A stretch of DNA of 64,000 nt from Lama glama. Taxonomy: Eukaryota. Below are positions 25,701-39,382 of this stretch, in pieces. Every line of letters begins with the position of its first letter. Within the stretch, counting starts at the first letter, position 1. The notes under the pieces are model-generated. The model was not told the DNA's origin and made no database searches. It saw only the letters and a program-made list of their open reading frames with translations. Where the stretch lies: the NCBI GenBank assembly GCA_028534125.1, contig CM052841.1:57350001-57414000 (forward strand), written 5' to 3'. The position numbers were made by a program, and so were the translations under genes.

Positions 25701-28700
25701 CAGACCGGGAGAACCCTGGGTGGAGAGGGACCATGCCTCCAGGGCCTGTCATCCCAGAAGCCTTCCCAGGCTGGGCAGTGAACCTCCCTGCCTTTTAAGG
25801 ACAGATTCTGTCTCCCCAGGGCCCTGGGGGCCATCAGGCGGCTGCATTCTTCTCCCCTCCCCTGGGACCCCAGCTGGGCCAGGAGTGAGCACTGGCCTCA
25901 GCAGCCGGTTCCCAGGCCAGCAGGGCAAGGCTGGGCCTAGGGAAGAGATGGCTCTGCTGGATGTTTGGGGCAGAGGGGCGGGGTGGGGTGTGGCCCTGTT
26001 TGTGTCCTGGCCTTGACCCTGTTCTCCGGAGCCTCCCCTGCATTGTCTTAGTTGATGCTTATGGCAGCCCCTTGAGGAAGGTTGGTCAGTTCTCCCCACT
26101 TAGGGACAGGGAAACTGAGGCCTGGAGAGTTGAATGAGTTACAGGTACTCAAGGTTGTGTGTTTTATAGGGAATGGGACTTGATTTGCTCCTGCAGCTGG
26201 GTGCCCTTGACACTAGGCTCTCCTGCCTGTTCCCAGCTGCGGGTGTGCAGAGTGCGTGTTTACTCCTGGGACTTACCCCACTGCCTGCCTGCTCCCTGCG
26301 CCAGCCGCCCCCAGCAGTGCAGGCGTCCCCTCCGCGGCATAGCTAAGCGCGCTCTCCCAGCTCCGCTTGCACGCCTCCAGAGACAGGGTGCCCGCTCCCT
26401 CTCAAACCAAACCAGCCTGCCCATTTGAGGACAGTGTGACTGAGCTGGACTTGGCCTCTCCTGGCCCCAGCCCTGCCCTCTGGGGGCATGCACGGCAGCT
26501 CCCTCTGCCCCGTCGAGATTTGGAGGGAGATTCTGAGCCTCTTCCTGTCCAGGCTCTCCAGCCCCACTCTCTACTTGCCCCACCCGTAGTAGGAACATCC
26601 TCCCCATAGGGCTTTTTAATTATCGCAAGTTCTGTTTTCAGGTCTCCTCCCTCCTTGAAATAATGGGATTTGCTAAACTTCTGTGTCACTAACCTTTTAA
26701 GAGGAAAAAAGGGATGGAGTTGAAAAACAGCTCATGGGTTGGCTGGAAGGCTATCAGATAAGGCTGTGGCCCAGGAGCCAGGACAATGTCCCGTTGTTCC
26801 TGCTACCGGCCCTCACAATGAGCTGCTGTTGGGGCCTGGCTGTGTCTCCCTCAGCGGCTCCGCCCGCACCCGTGTTGTGCCCACGTTTCTCGGCTCCTGG
26901 GCCCTGGGCACAGGCAACCTGACCCCAGCCGGCCCTGCGGCTCTTCCTTCCGACCTGGAATGAGTGGTCATGTTGAGCAGGTCAGCTGGCTGTGGGCCTT
27001 TCCCTGCGTGCCCGCCTGTGGGGAGGCTCGGCTCGGGCTGATGGAGTTAGGCCTGGAGTCTGCTGAACGGGGTTCAGATCCCACTCGGCCACTTGCCACC
27101 TGTGCGGTCTTGGGCAAGCCACCTGGCCCTTCTGAGGTGCGGTACCTTAGTCCTGACGGGCTGTCGTGAGGACAGGTGAGGAGGCAGGTTGGAAAGTGCT
27201 GTGGAGTGGGACTCCGCCACCCGGCCTGAGTGTGAGCTCTTGTATGTCTGAGAGACCAGGGACAGCGTTGTGGTGGCCACATTTGGCCTGGGCTTTGAAG
27301 ACTGAGAAAGAAGGCTGTTCTGGGGCAGATGGTGGAGAGAAAGGTGGGACGGGTTCTGGAAATAGCATGGGCAAAGGCCCCCCAGAGGGAAGGAGTCCCG
27401 GCTGGCCAGGGATTCTCTGGGGAGGAGAGCCTAGGTCACTGGCCGGGGTATGTGTGAGTGCGTAGAGTTGTCGGGAGGGTTCAACCCCAGGTTGAAGCAC
27501 TGAGACTTGATTCTCTCTAGGCTGTGAGGGGAGAGCTGATAGGGCCAGAGTGACATCATGTCAGGCAAAGGGGCCTGTCCAGTGGGAGGGGACTGCTGTG
27601 GTCTAGACAGGAAGACCAGTGGGGCTCCCCTCCTCTGCTGCCCCCCAAGGTCCTGACCAAAACAGCTCTCAGAGGCAGAGGAGGGCAGGGCAGGCCTCCC
27701 TCTCCCGTGGCCTTGGCTCCTGTCTGTGACCTGGGAATCTGGGCACCACCCCTTTCCCAGGATGTGTGAGGATTCCATGGCATGGAGGATGTGGGTAACT
27801 GAGTAGCTGGGCCAGTTTGAGGAGGGGTGACTGCAGGGGACACAAGGGCCTCTAGTCCTGGGGATGGGGATGGGCAGTTGAGGGTCTAGAGAATCAGCTG
27901 TGTCTTGGACAGTGTCAGAGGGGTAGGGCCATGGTAGCGGGGTGCAGCCACAGAGTGGAGGATGAGCCCCTGACTTTGGGAGAGTTGGAGGGAGCTCCGC
28001 ATACCTGGACAAAGCAACAGCCAGGTGTTCCTTGGAGATTCTGTGTGAGCACCAGGGTGCTGCTCTTAGGAATTGGCCTTGAGCAGGCAGCTGCCCTGAA
28101 GACCAGCGCTCGGGCCATTTTGTCCCTTCTCCCACCACCAGGGTCTGAAGGCTCAGGGAGGGTTGTCCTCATGGCAGCTGACCTCCTATTCCCCCAGGCT
28201 TAGCTGACCTTGGCTGCTGGGGTGTTGTGGCCTTGGTCCAGGAACTCGGGGGCTCTGATTCTTGGTGCTGATCCAGACCCAGCCCTCCCCACAAGGAGCC
28301 CCCTGCCTGGCAAGGAGACAGCTCTGTGACAGGTCTCCCAGCACAGCCTAATGAACAAGGTGCTGGGGCCACATGCAAGGTCGCTGTCTGCCCCAGGAGT
28401 TTGAGAATGTGTCGTGGGAGATTGAGCATTGATGCTGGGTATTGAAGGTTGGATAGGACAAGGGAACTTCTGGGCAGAGCGGGCTACAAGTGCCTAGAGG
28501 CCTGCCTGAGGGAGTCATGACCCCTGGGGAAGAGGAGCCCAGGGGGAAGTGGAACAGGCACAGGTGGATCCCAGCCAGCGGGGCTGCAGCTGAGCCCATG
28601 TGATCGTGCTGGGACACCCCCCTCTTCATGACTCACATGCTGGAGGTGCCTCTCCCTGAAAAGCCTCTCTGTGGTGCTTCCTTGTGTGCTCATTATCCTC

Positions 28701-31700
28701 TATTTCCATTTGAGAACAGAGTCCTTTCTCTTTCAGATAAGGAAAGGGCTCCCAGTGGGGTTGGGGTGTGGAGGTGACACCAGGAGGAAGCTGAGACCCT
28801 GAGCTGGTCACCTGTCTTCTCTGAGCAGGCCTCAGTGTCTCCCCTGTAAAGCCAGCGTGAGGTCAGTATCCATCTCACAGCCTTGTGAGGATCCAGCCAA
28901 GTGCTGTGTGTGATGTTTCCTGCGGGCACAGCCCCACAGCCCAGACATGAGACCTGGTTCTGTTGTAGCTGCAAGACCCAGCCTCTCTGAGCCCAGCGCA
29001 GTCACACGGCAGCCCTGGCAGGGTGGTTGTGAGAAGTAGCCTATACCTGGGCTATGGGAGTGACCTGCACGGCCAGGGCCCCTGTGCAAAGGCCTTTGCC
29101 CTCCTTGGTGCCATCTCACCGAGGACCGAGGCTCTGGTCTCCAGAGACCACAGGAGGTCACTGAGGGATGCACAAGACTGAGCTGGGCACTGGGGAGGCC
29201 ACACAGTGGGCATGTTGGGCCACCGTCTCTCCCACCCCAGACTCTGGGCAACAGGGAAGGGCCTGACTCAGGAATGGGGAGGGGGGTGGTGCTGATCCCC
29301 TACAGGACAGCTGTAGGCAGGGCCCCCAGACCTACCTGGGTCCCTTCCAGCAGGAGGCCTTGGGCAGATGAAGTGACTGTTGCTCCCTGAGCCTATCTTT
29401 CTAAATGGGTAGATGAATGCTCCTGGCAGAGTTGTGTGCAGTTGAAGTTTAAAAAGGGATGTGAATGACCAGCTGGGTGCCCTGGCCGAGTGGAGGTGGG
29501 CACCCACAACTTGGGTGGGAGCAAGGCAGCGGCCAGCACTTGCTCATCTCCTTGCCAAGCTTCTTGGGTAGGGAGACTGTGCCCGTTCTCTGTCCCCTTG
29601 GAGCCTGGGCAGTCTGCAGTGCCCTGCTCCCTCCCTCCCTCTCTCCCTCTCTGGATGGGCTTCCGGCCCAGCCTGGGAAGGCAGAGGCTGGAGGTGAGAA
29701 AGGAAGTGCCTCACAATGCTGGCCAGAGGCAGAGGCTGGCGGGGGAGGGGGCAGGGTGGAGTCCTGCCTGGGTGATTGATGGGTCAGGAGTCCCCAGTGT
29801 GAAGTGTTAGGGGTGCTGCAGGCCCGGGACAGGGCTGCCTGGCTTCCTGGAGGAGGTGGTTCTTAGGCCATGAGATGGGCCTGCTGGATCTGGAAAGTGA
29901 CCAAGTGACCATTTTCCCACCCTGAGCCCCACTTGTCTTATCAATCACCACCATGGGCACACTCACCTCTGCCAGGAGGTCCCACCCTGCAGGGTCACCA
30001 CAGACTACCTTCCCTCTGGGCCCAAAGCACAGGCCCAGAGTTGATAAATAGGTACCCCTTTCTCTCCCCAACAAACCTTGTCGGGAGGAGGGGGTACAGG
30101 TAGACTCCAGGCTGAAGGAGGAGGGTATGTGTCTGCATATGAGTCATAGAGCGCAGGCCCCCTGGCCTTGTCCCACTGGTCAGATCTTGGCCCTCTGCTC
30201 CTCTCCCAGAAGCACCTGGGAGATCTCGGAGTAGCCACTGAGCCTCCCTGGGCCTTGCCCCACTCCACCCCACCCCACCCCATTCCTCCTCTTCCCAGTG
30301 AGCTTGGGCTGTAGGGCTGGGTGTGGCCCGTGTTCCAGGTCCTCTCACTTAGAGAATCCCTGGGGGAGGTGGGAAGGGTCAGGGCTGCCCAGCTGTACCG
30401 GGATGCCTTAGATACGACCTTCCCCAAACCCTCTGCTCAGTTTGGAACTGCCCCAGTGGGGCTTGGTCCAGCTGGGGCATGTTTGTGGGGCAGGATGCTG
30501 GGGAGGGAAGAGGAGGGCCCTTAGCCACAGGTTCCAAGCTCTGGCTGCTTTGGGGTCTGGCCTCAGCCTGCTGGGCTCTTCAACTGTAGCACTGGGGCCC
30601 CCTTGGGTCTCCCTGGACGGACCAAATCCACTGAACGTGCCTCCTTTCTCTCACCAGCCAGCTAGTGCAGGTGCCCCAGGCAAGAGGCGGCCTGGCCTAC
30701 CAGCTCCTCCCTGTGTACTTCCTGGGTGCCCGCTCCACCCACCCTGGCTCCCAGCATCTTACCTGGCAGGGTTTCCCGTGCTGGGCCAGAAAGCTGCCTG
30801 ATCTCCACTTGCAGGCTGGGTTTTCAGCCCTAGACAGCAGGCCTGGGGGCTCTGGGTCCCATCCTTGGACCTGCCACCTGAGGTATGGAGCCCCGTTCTG
30901 AGAGGGAGGCCCAGGGTGGAACCTCAACTGAGGGGATGGCAGACCCGCCCGCATCACTGGTCAGTGCTGTGATGGGGAGGAGGCTGGGCCATTCAAGCAG
31001 GGCCTGGAGGGCTGGTCCCGGGAAGAAGCCTGCCAGCACCTGTGGTGGAGTGGCCTGGGCGCAGTGCTTGTGTGTGAAATGCTGCCTCCCAGAGAGGGTG
31101 CTGGAGGGGCAGAGGCACCACGGCTGTGCATGCCAGTGGCCCGGGGCCTCACGCGGGCCCTGTAAGGGGTTTGGATTGGTTCTAACCTGACTTCAGCCTG
31201 TCTCACAGCTTCCCTCTGGTCTGTCCATTTCCCTTGAGCTTTCAGCAGCCTGCCCCAGGGCGCTGGCTCGGCTCCAGCGATCTGAGCCCTGCTCTGTGCC
31301 AGCTTTGTGCTGGGCATCGGGGAGCAGTTGCGGGGAGCCTGACCGAGCCTCTTGGGTTGAGCTGTGAAGTCGCAAGAGCTGGGGTCCCAGTTCCAGCTGT
31401 GACTCCCATGAAGTGCCTAGCATGGGACTCCATGTCAGGCAGGGCTGTTGCCATGGAGGTGTCATGTGTAGGGGCTGGAGGGTGGCCTCTGGCAGCCTGG
31501 GCAGCCCTCTGGGCAGGGCCTGTCCAGCTCATCTCCGGGTTCCTGAGCCCACATGCAGTGGGCCTCAGCCCCCCTTACTGCTGGTGGTCTTGGAAGTGGG
31601 TTACGGTGTGTGCCCTGCAAGGAAGCATGTGGTGGGCCTGCCAGGCCTCGCTGACCTGAGGGAGGGTCTTTACTTGCCGAGACAGGGAGAGATGATGGAC

Positions 31701-32755
31701 TGAGGCTTCAACCATTGGAAGCTGAGAGCTGAAGGGTGGAGGGTGTTAGGGAAGGAGGTCTGAGTGACCTAAGCCCAGGACTGTGGGCCTGAGCTGGGGG
31801 GAGGCCTGCCCAGCTTCCATCCTGGAGTGGTCTTAGCAGGCCCAGCAGTGTCCAACTGGCTCTGGAAAGGGACGTTTACCTCTCAGTGGTGGGCTGTCCC
31901 CAGCACTGTGCAGGTGCCTACTGAGGTGCTTTCCATGTGATGTGCTGAGGAAACTGAGGCTCAGAGAGGGTAACTGACTTACCCAGGGCCACACAGCAGG
32001 TGAGCGATGAGCCCGGGTCCAAGGCCAGGTCTATCAGAACCAGTCCTGTTTCAGGCCCCATTTGGGCACCAGTTGGAGTCAACTAGCTCTGTTCTTTGTG
32101 CCTGTATGGGGCCCAGTGACCCTGGCCTGCGCTCCTGGGCCTCAGAGTGTGGACTCTGTCCTGGCATCTCAGGTACTGTGCAGAAATGGCTGCATCCCTT
32201 CTGTTTTGAGCCTCACGGTCCTCATCTGTAAGAAGGGAGCAGCGGAGTTTCTGGGGCGCTCCTGCCTCGCCCGATGCTGGTTGGTGGAGAAAGGGTTCTG
32301 TCTGCAGTGACATTCTGGACAAGTGTTGGGATGGAGTGACTGCTTCTGTCTTGGATGGGGACCAGGGCTGAGGGGAGGGGAGGTGGGGAAGGCTGCCTGT
32401 GTTGGGTCAGCTCTTCCCGTGGGTCTCGGGCTGCTGAGGAGCCAGGCACATCCCTGCCCTGCACCCAGTGCTGACTTTCCAGTCCTGGGTGGTGCCTCAT
32501 CCTCGCTCTCTGCTTCTGCGGGAGCTGAGTCCCTTACCCAGAGCCCTGCAGTGGGGAAAAGGGACTGGCCAGTCTGTGACTCCAGCCCCGCGATGCCCCT
32601 TCCCCCCAACTTTGCCTTAAGACAGAAAAGGCTATGGGAGTTGAGAGGAGTGAGTGCCTCCAGCTGAGGGGATGTCTGGGCAGGCTTCCTGGAGGAGAAG
32701 GGAAGGGAGGGGACAGGACAGGCCCAGCCTGATGCACTCTNNNNNNNNNNNNNNN

Positions 32756-32909
32756 NNNNNNNNNNNNNNNNNNNNNNNNNNNNNNNNNNNNNNNNNNNNN
32801 NNNNNNNNNNNNNNNNNNNNNNNNNNNNNNNNNNNNNNNNNNNNNNNNNNNNNNNNNNNNNNNNNNNNNNNNNNNNNNNNNNNNNNNNNNNNNNNNCTAC
32901 TGCTTCGAG
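32756..32909 (+). CDS. DAB2IP: DAB2IP coding exon, PH domain (SHLMPRLKES...GQDYCFE), mostly masked
   Basis: Visible 3' end c-tac-tgc-ttc-gag|gtgcgt (D Y C F E, donor at 32910). Start inferred from the expected 154-nt length and lies inside N-run 32741-32896. Confidence 0.85.
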
Positions 32910-34558
32910 GTGCGTCCCGCTGCAGGGGCAGGGCGGGCTCTGGGTCCTCTCCCGCTGAGGCCAGGGCTCCTCCAGACGCCCTCTGGGAGTGCTCTGTAGC
33001 CTCTCTGGGGGCCGGGCTCTTTGGGACTGTCAAAGCCTTTGGCTCCTAGGAGACCAAGTGGAGCTGAGAAATGAAGGGCTTCATTCCTGCTCTGTGGGCT
33101 CCTTGGAGACGGACTGGCACTGTCCCCCGTGCTGGCAGGTGCAAGAGGCTTGAGTGGGTGGAGGGGTCAAGCCCCAGAGCCCTACTCGAGCCTGCTCGCC
33201 CCTCCTGCAAACTCCTCCAGTGCAGTGTGGGGCAGTGAGGAGTGTCCCCACCTTTGAGTGATGAGAGCCAGACTTTGTCCTGCCCCAGCATTCTGTGTCC
33301 CAGGGTTTGAGAGCAGAGGGCCAGCCACCCAACCCAGCAGGGCTGTCAGTGGGATCATCTGTCCAGTGCCCAACTATGGATGGGGACTCTGAAGTCCAGA
33401 GAGGGCAAGGTGATATCAGAGATCATTCAACAAGCCTGAGGCTAAACCAGGACCAGGGTAACTAATGTCTCAGGTGTTCCTGGGAGTTCCTAATTGCTTC
33501 TCTAACTATTCATATTCTCTTCCCACCTCTGTTTCTGGGAAGCTTCCCACCGCCAACAATCTTGCATAATTAGGGAGCTTCCTGATAGAGGAGTGAGCCC
33601 GGGACTGATGTGGCCACCTCCTGGCACCCCCAGCCCCAGAGAGGGAATGGAGTGGTGCCTGGCATCTGCCCCAGCCCTGTGCCCGCTGGGTGTCGGTTCT
33701 GGTTCAGGACTTCTGGTCCAGCTGGGCTCCTTCTGGGCTCCGACTTCTTTGCCTGGGGTGGGCTAAAGATGGTGTCTGTCTACTTGTCTACGGAAGGGGG
33801 TGCTGTGGCTTGTGCAGGCCCTTGAATAAGGTTAGGTAAAGAGTCTGGTTTCCTTAGGTAGAGCATGCTGCTGGGGTAGCAGGAACAGCTTGAGCCAGCC
33901 TCCCTCGCCTGGAGGAGACCAGAGGATGATTAAGCTGGATGGTGGGGGGAGGGTAAGGGTTCCAGGTGGGAGGACCCCAGGACTCAGCACACGCAGGTGG
34001 CCCAATTCTTATTTCTCTAGTCTGGCCCCAGATATGTTACGCTTCTGTGACCATCATTGTTGTCACTGTCGCTTGGCAAAAGAGAAGCATCAGCAGCAGG
34101 TGTCAGCTAAAAACCGAGGTGACCCTTGTACCTACCTGTGGCTGTCCCCTAGGTGCCTCTGGCCCCACCGATGGAGGGAGACTGGGTTAAGCATTGCCCT
34201 CTGATTGGTGCTGGGGGCCATGCCTTCTTTATTCTATCTCTGAGAAAATGAGATTGGAGTCAGAAAGAGGCTTTCCTATGGACAGAGTGCACTGAGGCCG
34301 GGTTGAGGAGCCAGGACCAGCGCCAGATGGCACAGGGCTGGGCCACCCTCCTGTCACTGTCTTGCTCTGGGACCGCAGGTCTCTGTGCACCGCCTGCAGA
34401 CGTGAAATACAGGGATCACTGAGTCTTGTTCTGCCTCCTCCCTGAGGGTGTGGTACAGACAGACCTGGCAGCCAAACCCCCCAAGCCCCAAAGGTCCTCC
34501 ATCATACTGCCTTGCTGCCTTCCCCGTCCCATGACGCTCTCCTGCCTGCCCCCCACAG

Positions 34559-34657
34559 GTGACAACGTCGTCAGGAAGCAAGTGCTTCTCCTGCCGGTCA
34601 GCAGCCGAACGGGATAAGTGGATGGAGAACTTGCGGCGAGCGGTGCATCCCAACAAG
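34559..34657 (+). CDS. DAB2IP: DAB2IP coding exon, end of PH domain ([33 protein letters not shown])
   Basis: Acceptor ccccacag|gtgaca, donor aacaag|gtgggc; 99 nt, phase 0-0. Confidence 0.97.
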
Positions 34658-35189
34658 GTGGGCCTGCGTCCCCCTCCCCAGAGCAGAGCGCAGACTCCTA
34701 CGTGAGGGAGCCGAGGGAGGGGTCTCCGGTGTGGGCTGGGCCCGGGCAGGAGGTAGTGTTGGGCTCTGAGAGAGGCTGACTCCGGTGCTGGGGGCCTCTG
34801 TCTTCGAAGCTGCACACTGAGGAAGTGGGGAGGCTGGGCCAGAGAACTGAGTATTGGGCTTGTGGGTGCTGGTGTACCTCTGCCTTGGGACTCCTGGGCC
34901 CTCTTCCCCCAAGCTGATTCCTGCTCTTCCCTCCGATTTCACCTTAGCTGTCTGTCCCTCCTCCAGGCAAGCACCGCCAGCCCAGGCCGGTGCTCTCTTC
35001 TGTGTTCTCACCACCCCTGGGCTTCTCCTGGCAGGTTCCTGGGACCCTGACTGTAATCACCTGCTTCTGCGTCTGCCTCCTGGGTGACTCAGCCTGCGCT
35101 GAGCACTGGTCACCGTGACATCACTAAGGAAGGGCGTTAGCAATGGTCATGACCTCTGAAGTGACTTTGCAGACGAGCAAGCTGCGTAA

Positions 35190-35350
35190 GAGCCAATATG
35201 CGGCTGCTGTGTGCCAAGCATTGTGCTGGCCTTGGACTTGCTCTCTACTCGGTTTTATTCCCATTTTATAGAACAGGGAATTGAGGCTTAGATTGTCACT
35301 TGCCCAAGGTCAGTGAGCTAGTATGAGGCAGAGCAGAGACCCAGCCTCAT
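35190..35350 (-). mobile_element. MIR SINE
   Basis: tattcccattttatagaacagggaattgaggcttag...cacttgcccaaggtcagtgagctagta. Confidence 0.7.
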
Positions 35351-35504
35351 GTCCATCAGTCTCCAGAGCTGTCCCTACCCAACCCCAGTCCTGTCAGTGC
35401 CCGGGCCCTCCCTACCACCTTCCAAGAGCTCCTTCCCACTCCGGGCTGGGCAGTGCACGGGCGACCGGCCCCCTGGTCACCATGGCCCCTCTGTATGTGT
35501 GCAG

Positions 35505-36059
35505 GACAACAGCCGGCGTGTGGAGCACATCCTGAAGCTGTGGGTGATTGAGGCCAAGGACCTGCCGGCCAAGAAGAAGTACCTGTGCGAGCTGTGCCTG
35601 GACGACGTGCTGTATGCACGCACCACGGGCAAGCTCAAGACCGACAACGTCTTCTGGGGCGAGCACTTCGAGTTCCACAACCTGCCGCCCCTGCGCACCG
35701 TCACCGTCCATCTGTACCGGGAGACCGACAAGAAGAAGAAGAAGGAGCGCAACAGCTACCTGGGCCTGGTCAGCCTGCCCGCCGCCTCGGTGGCCGGGCG
35801 GCAGTTCGTGGAGAAGTGGTACCCGGTGGTGACGCCCAACCCCAAGGGCGGCAAGGGCCCTGGGCCCATGATCCGCATCAANNNNNNNNNNNNNNNNNNN
35901 NNNNNNNNNNNNNNNNNNNNNNNNNNNNNNNNNNNNNNNNNNNNNNNNNNNNNNNNNNNNNNNNNNNNNNNNNNNNNNNNNNNNNNNNNNNNNNNNNNNN
36001 NNNNNNNNNNNNNNNNNNNNNCCCTGGTGCACATCCTGCAGAGCACAGGCAAGGTCAAG
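35505..36059 (+). CDS. DAB2IP: DAB2IP coding exon, C2 domain and start of GAP ([12 protein letters not shown]...[12 protein letters not shown])
   Basis: Acceptor gtgcag|gacaac, donor gtcaag|gtaggt; 555 nt, frame preserved across N-run 35882-36021; contains the basic stretch [10 protein letters not shown]. Confidence 0.97.
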
Positions 36060-39000
36060 GTAGGTGTGTGGGCCTCAGGCGGGGCCCCCCACGTCACGTG
36101 GCTCTGTGGAAGTCTGGGTGACACCCTAGCTTACCTGCCAGTCCCCATGTCCACGTGATGCAGTTCAGCTCTGGTCGAGGCGCTGGTCCCAGCACTGGTC
36201 TTGGGACCCTGAACCCAAGAGTCGCTTCACGAAGGGGAGATTTTGCACTCCTCTGTTGTTGGAGCTGATGGCCGAGGCAGGTATGGAGCTGGCGGATGGA
36301 GGCAGTGAGGAAGTGAATTTAGGGACCTCCCCACTCCCCCAGGGTGCTGGCCTCTGAGGGTTGAGGGGAGCAGGCCATGTGGCCAGCCTCTGCCAGCACA
36401 TGGGTCCCAGTGACCCAATCACACACATCCAGTGAGGTGTTGATTTTGGCAGATACCCCAGTAGGTGCCCACCAGGGTGCAGTCACTCTCCGAGCCCCAG
36501 CCCCCCCCTCCCTCCCAGGTTCATGCACAGGAGACATGCAGTCTTCGGGAACAGGGCTTGTCTAAAGCCCCCAGCAGGCCCTGCTTCAGGGCTGGAGGGG
36601 CCCCGCTCTCCTCTCCACCTCCTCTCACCGGCCGCTCCCTGCCAGGCCACGCCTCAGCCCCACCTGCCTGGTTTTGGAGACTAGTGGGCTCCTTCTGGAA
36701 GGCTCCCCATGCCTACGCGCCCGGCAGGCACAGTGGAGCGTGGTTCTTCAGGCCTCCAGGGCACACACCCGCCCCTTACCCTGCCCCTCCCTTGAGGGAG
36801 CTGCCTGAAGGGAATGCAGTGGAGAGGGGCCAGATTTGGATCCCATCATGCTGCAGAAGGCCTCGCCCTCTTGACATGGTGTGGTTTGAGAGCCGAGTGG
36901 CCAGGTCAAGATCCTGAGCCCTCAGCCTGGGGTCAGGGGAGATGTGGGTTGGGGGCCAGGCCTCAGGTCCCCAGGCAGAGCCCAGGGTATATGGCTCCCT
37001 TGGACCCTTTTTCCTCTACTGTTCTCAGAAGGCCCTGGCCTGCTTCTGGCCCTTCAGAGCCCCTGCCTGTTGGGCTCGTGGTGTGTGACCAGTGCAGGAC
37101 CAGGGAGAGGCACTTCTCCTTGTGGGCTCCCCGGGGACTGGGCACTCCATTTCCTCCATGTTGTTGGAACCCCTCCTTCCCCAACCCACAGCCACCGACC
37201 TGACTGGGCAGGGCTGCATGAAGAGCCGCGTCTGGCTGTGCTGTCCTTAATTTCCTGGCCAACACTGGGAGGGGTGCTGGAAACTGAGGCATTTGAAGTC
37301 CGGCCTCAGAGCAGGAGTGAGGGAGGCAGCGAGGGCTCCGGCAGGGTCCTTTCTGCGCTGTCTGCTCTTTCAGCAAACTGGCCCCTGAGGGCTGGACTGG
37401 CCTGGGATGCTGATTCCAATCTGAAGTGACCTTTGCTCTTGAGGCTCACAGCTGAGATGAGAGGAGAATTGGGGTGCTCGTTGTGGAAGGAGGTGGAAGC
37501 CAGGGCTCCAGCCACCCCTCCCCCACCCCCACAGGGGCCCTCCGAGGGGCCGGGGGAGCAGCAAGGGGAAGGGTAGAAAGTAACTCAGGCTGCTGGGGTG
37601 ACGGACACCTGAGCTCTGAACACTTGGGGACTAACCTGTGAGATGCTTCTCACCAGAGCATCTGACGAGGGCCGTGTGAGAGGACATTTGGCACCTTCTG
37701 CTCCCTCCCCAGGCCCTGCTCTCTTGGCTGTGGCTTTTCAGAGTTTGTTCCCACCGTGGGACTCCAAGGGGCTTCTTCTTGGTGCCCCCACCCCCACCCA
37801 CTCAGTGGAACAAGAGGCACAGGGCCTGAGAAACAAGATACTTGGGCCAGATCTGGCGCAGGCAGCTGTGTGGCCTTGGACAGGTCACTTTCCTGTCCTG
37901 TGCCTGTTCCCCCTCATTGGGTCCTAGCCCTGAGGAGAGCCCCTCCTTATCCCCGCCGGGGCCTTGCACCTGCCCCAGGATTTCAAGAAGGCCCTTGGGC
38001 ATGAGCAGGGCTGTACATTCGGCACTCACCCTGCTTCTGTGTAGTCAGAGAAGGGGGCCCTAGATGTCACTTGTAGATCAGGAAGGGGTCTTCAGGCTGT
38101 GTGTGGTCCCCGGAGAGGCCAACTGCCACTTCCCCCCAGTCCCTCCTGTCTCCATTGGCCAGCTGGGTCTCCTGGGCCACTGGTGATTTCAGAGGGCCCC
38201 AAAGTTGTGCACACAGAAGTGGGGGATTTCCAGAGCGCCAGAAACCCTGGCCCACGCTGGCCACTTTGCAGCCTCTGTGCTGGGTGGCCCCTGCCCTGAC
38301 TGTTAACCCTCCCCTGAGTCTCCCACTTCCTGCCTCCTGCCTGTTCTCTCCCCCTCCCCCAAGTCACAAGGCTGGCTGTGGGCGTGGGGAGGCACAGGCC
38401 TAGGGGAGGGAGTTTCCACCTGGATGGGTGCAGTCAGGAGGGAAGGCGTGGGCGCAGGCTCCCTCCTGGGGTCTTCCCGTGAAGCCGTGCGTGGGACTGC
38501 GAGGCTCATCGCTTAACAGCTGCCTTCCAGCTGCTCTCCAAGGAAGTCTGGGACCCACGGTAGTGAGGGGCTGCCACCCAGGTTTGCCAGGTGGGAGCGG
38601 TGCCCCCGCCTTCCTGCCCAAGCCAAGGTCCGTGCTCTAACCGACTTAAGCACTGGCTCACTGCGTTCCAGGGCAGCTGGACCGCCTCTGCCTCTCTCTC
38701 GTCCTTCCCTCTGAGGCTGCACAGAGCGAGTCTGTCTGGTGCAGGAGACCCCATCAGAGTAACGGGGGAATGGTGGCAGCTGCTTATACAAGGGGGAGAG
38801 GGCAGCCCATCTGTCCTCTTTGGCACCAGTGGCAGTGGGAGGGGGAGTTCTCCGGTCACCCAGCCAGGTCTGGGCAGGGCTGAACAGGGAATTGAGTCCA
38901 GCGGGTCTGGCTGTGATGCAGAGGCTCATGGTTCCATGTAACGTGCTCTTACTTCCCTGATCCTGGACCCAGCTCTGATGTCGCCAGCACGAGGTATCTT

Positions 39001-39142
39001 CCCCCGACCAGGCTGCCCTGCCTACTACCCCGGCAGCCCCCAAGGGTGGGTGCCAGCAGCTTGGCAATGGGGCAGCCCCGAGGAGCAGGGGCTTCTCCTG
39101 GGGTTCTACCTGCCAGGCCCACTCAGGTCCACTCCCCTCACC

Positions 39143-39306
39143 NNNNNNNNNNNNNNNNNNNNNNNNNNNNNNNNNNNNNNNNNNNNNNNNNNNNNNNNNN
39201 NNNNNNNNNNNNNNNNNNNNNNNNNNNNNNNNNNNNNNNNNNNNNNNNNNNNNNNNNNNNNNNNNNNNNNNNNNNNNNNNNNNNNNNNNNNNNNNNNNNN
39301 NNNNNN
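39143..39306 (+). CDS. DAB2IP: Fully masked DAB2IP GAP exon (expected DFLTDLMMSEVD...YLQDAL-G, ~145 nt) somewhere inside this N-run
   Basis: Flanking exons end in phase 0 and resume in phase 1, with ~48 aa of the GAP domain missing; this 164-nt N-run follows a pyrimidine-rich stretch and is the only place it fits. Exact bounds not visible. Confidence 0.8.
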
Positions 39307-39382
39307 TGCAGGCCGGCAGTGGGCAGAGGGTGTGATGTGCCCACCAGGTCCTCACTGCCCCTCCCTGCCCTCCTGGCTCCAG

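Noticed and set aside
1-32740. Several hundred 60-280 aa ORFs on both strands in the ORF track (e.g. 3248-3895, 27431-28138)
   Set aside because: Pro/Gly/Ser/Arg-rich chance frames typical of GC-rich intron, many with non-ATG starts; no recognisable domains
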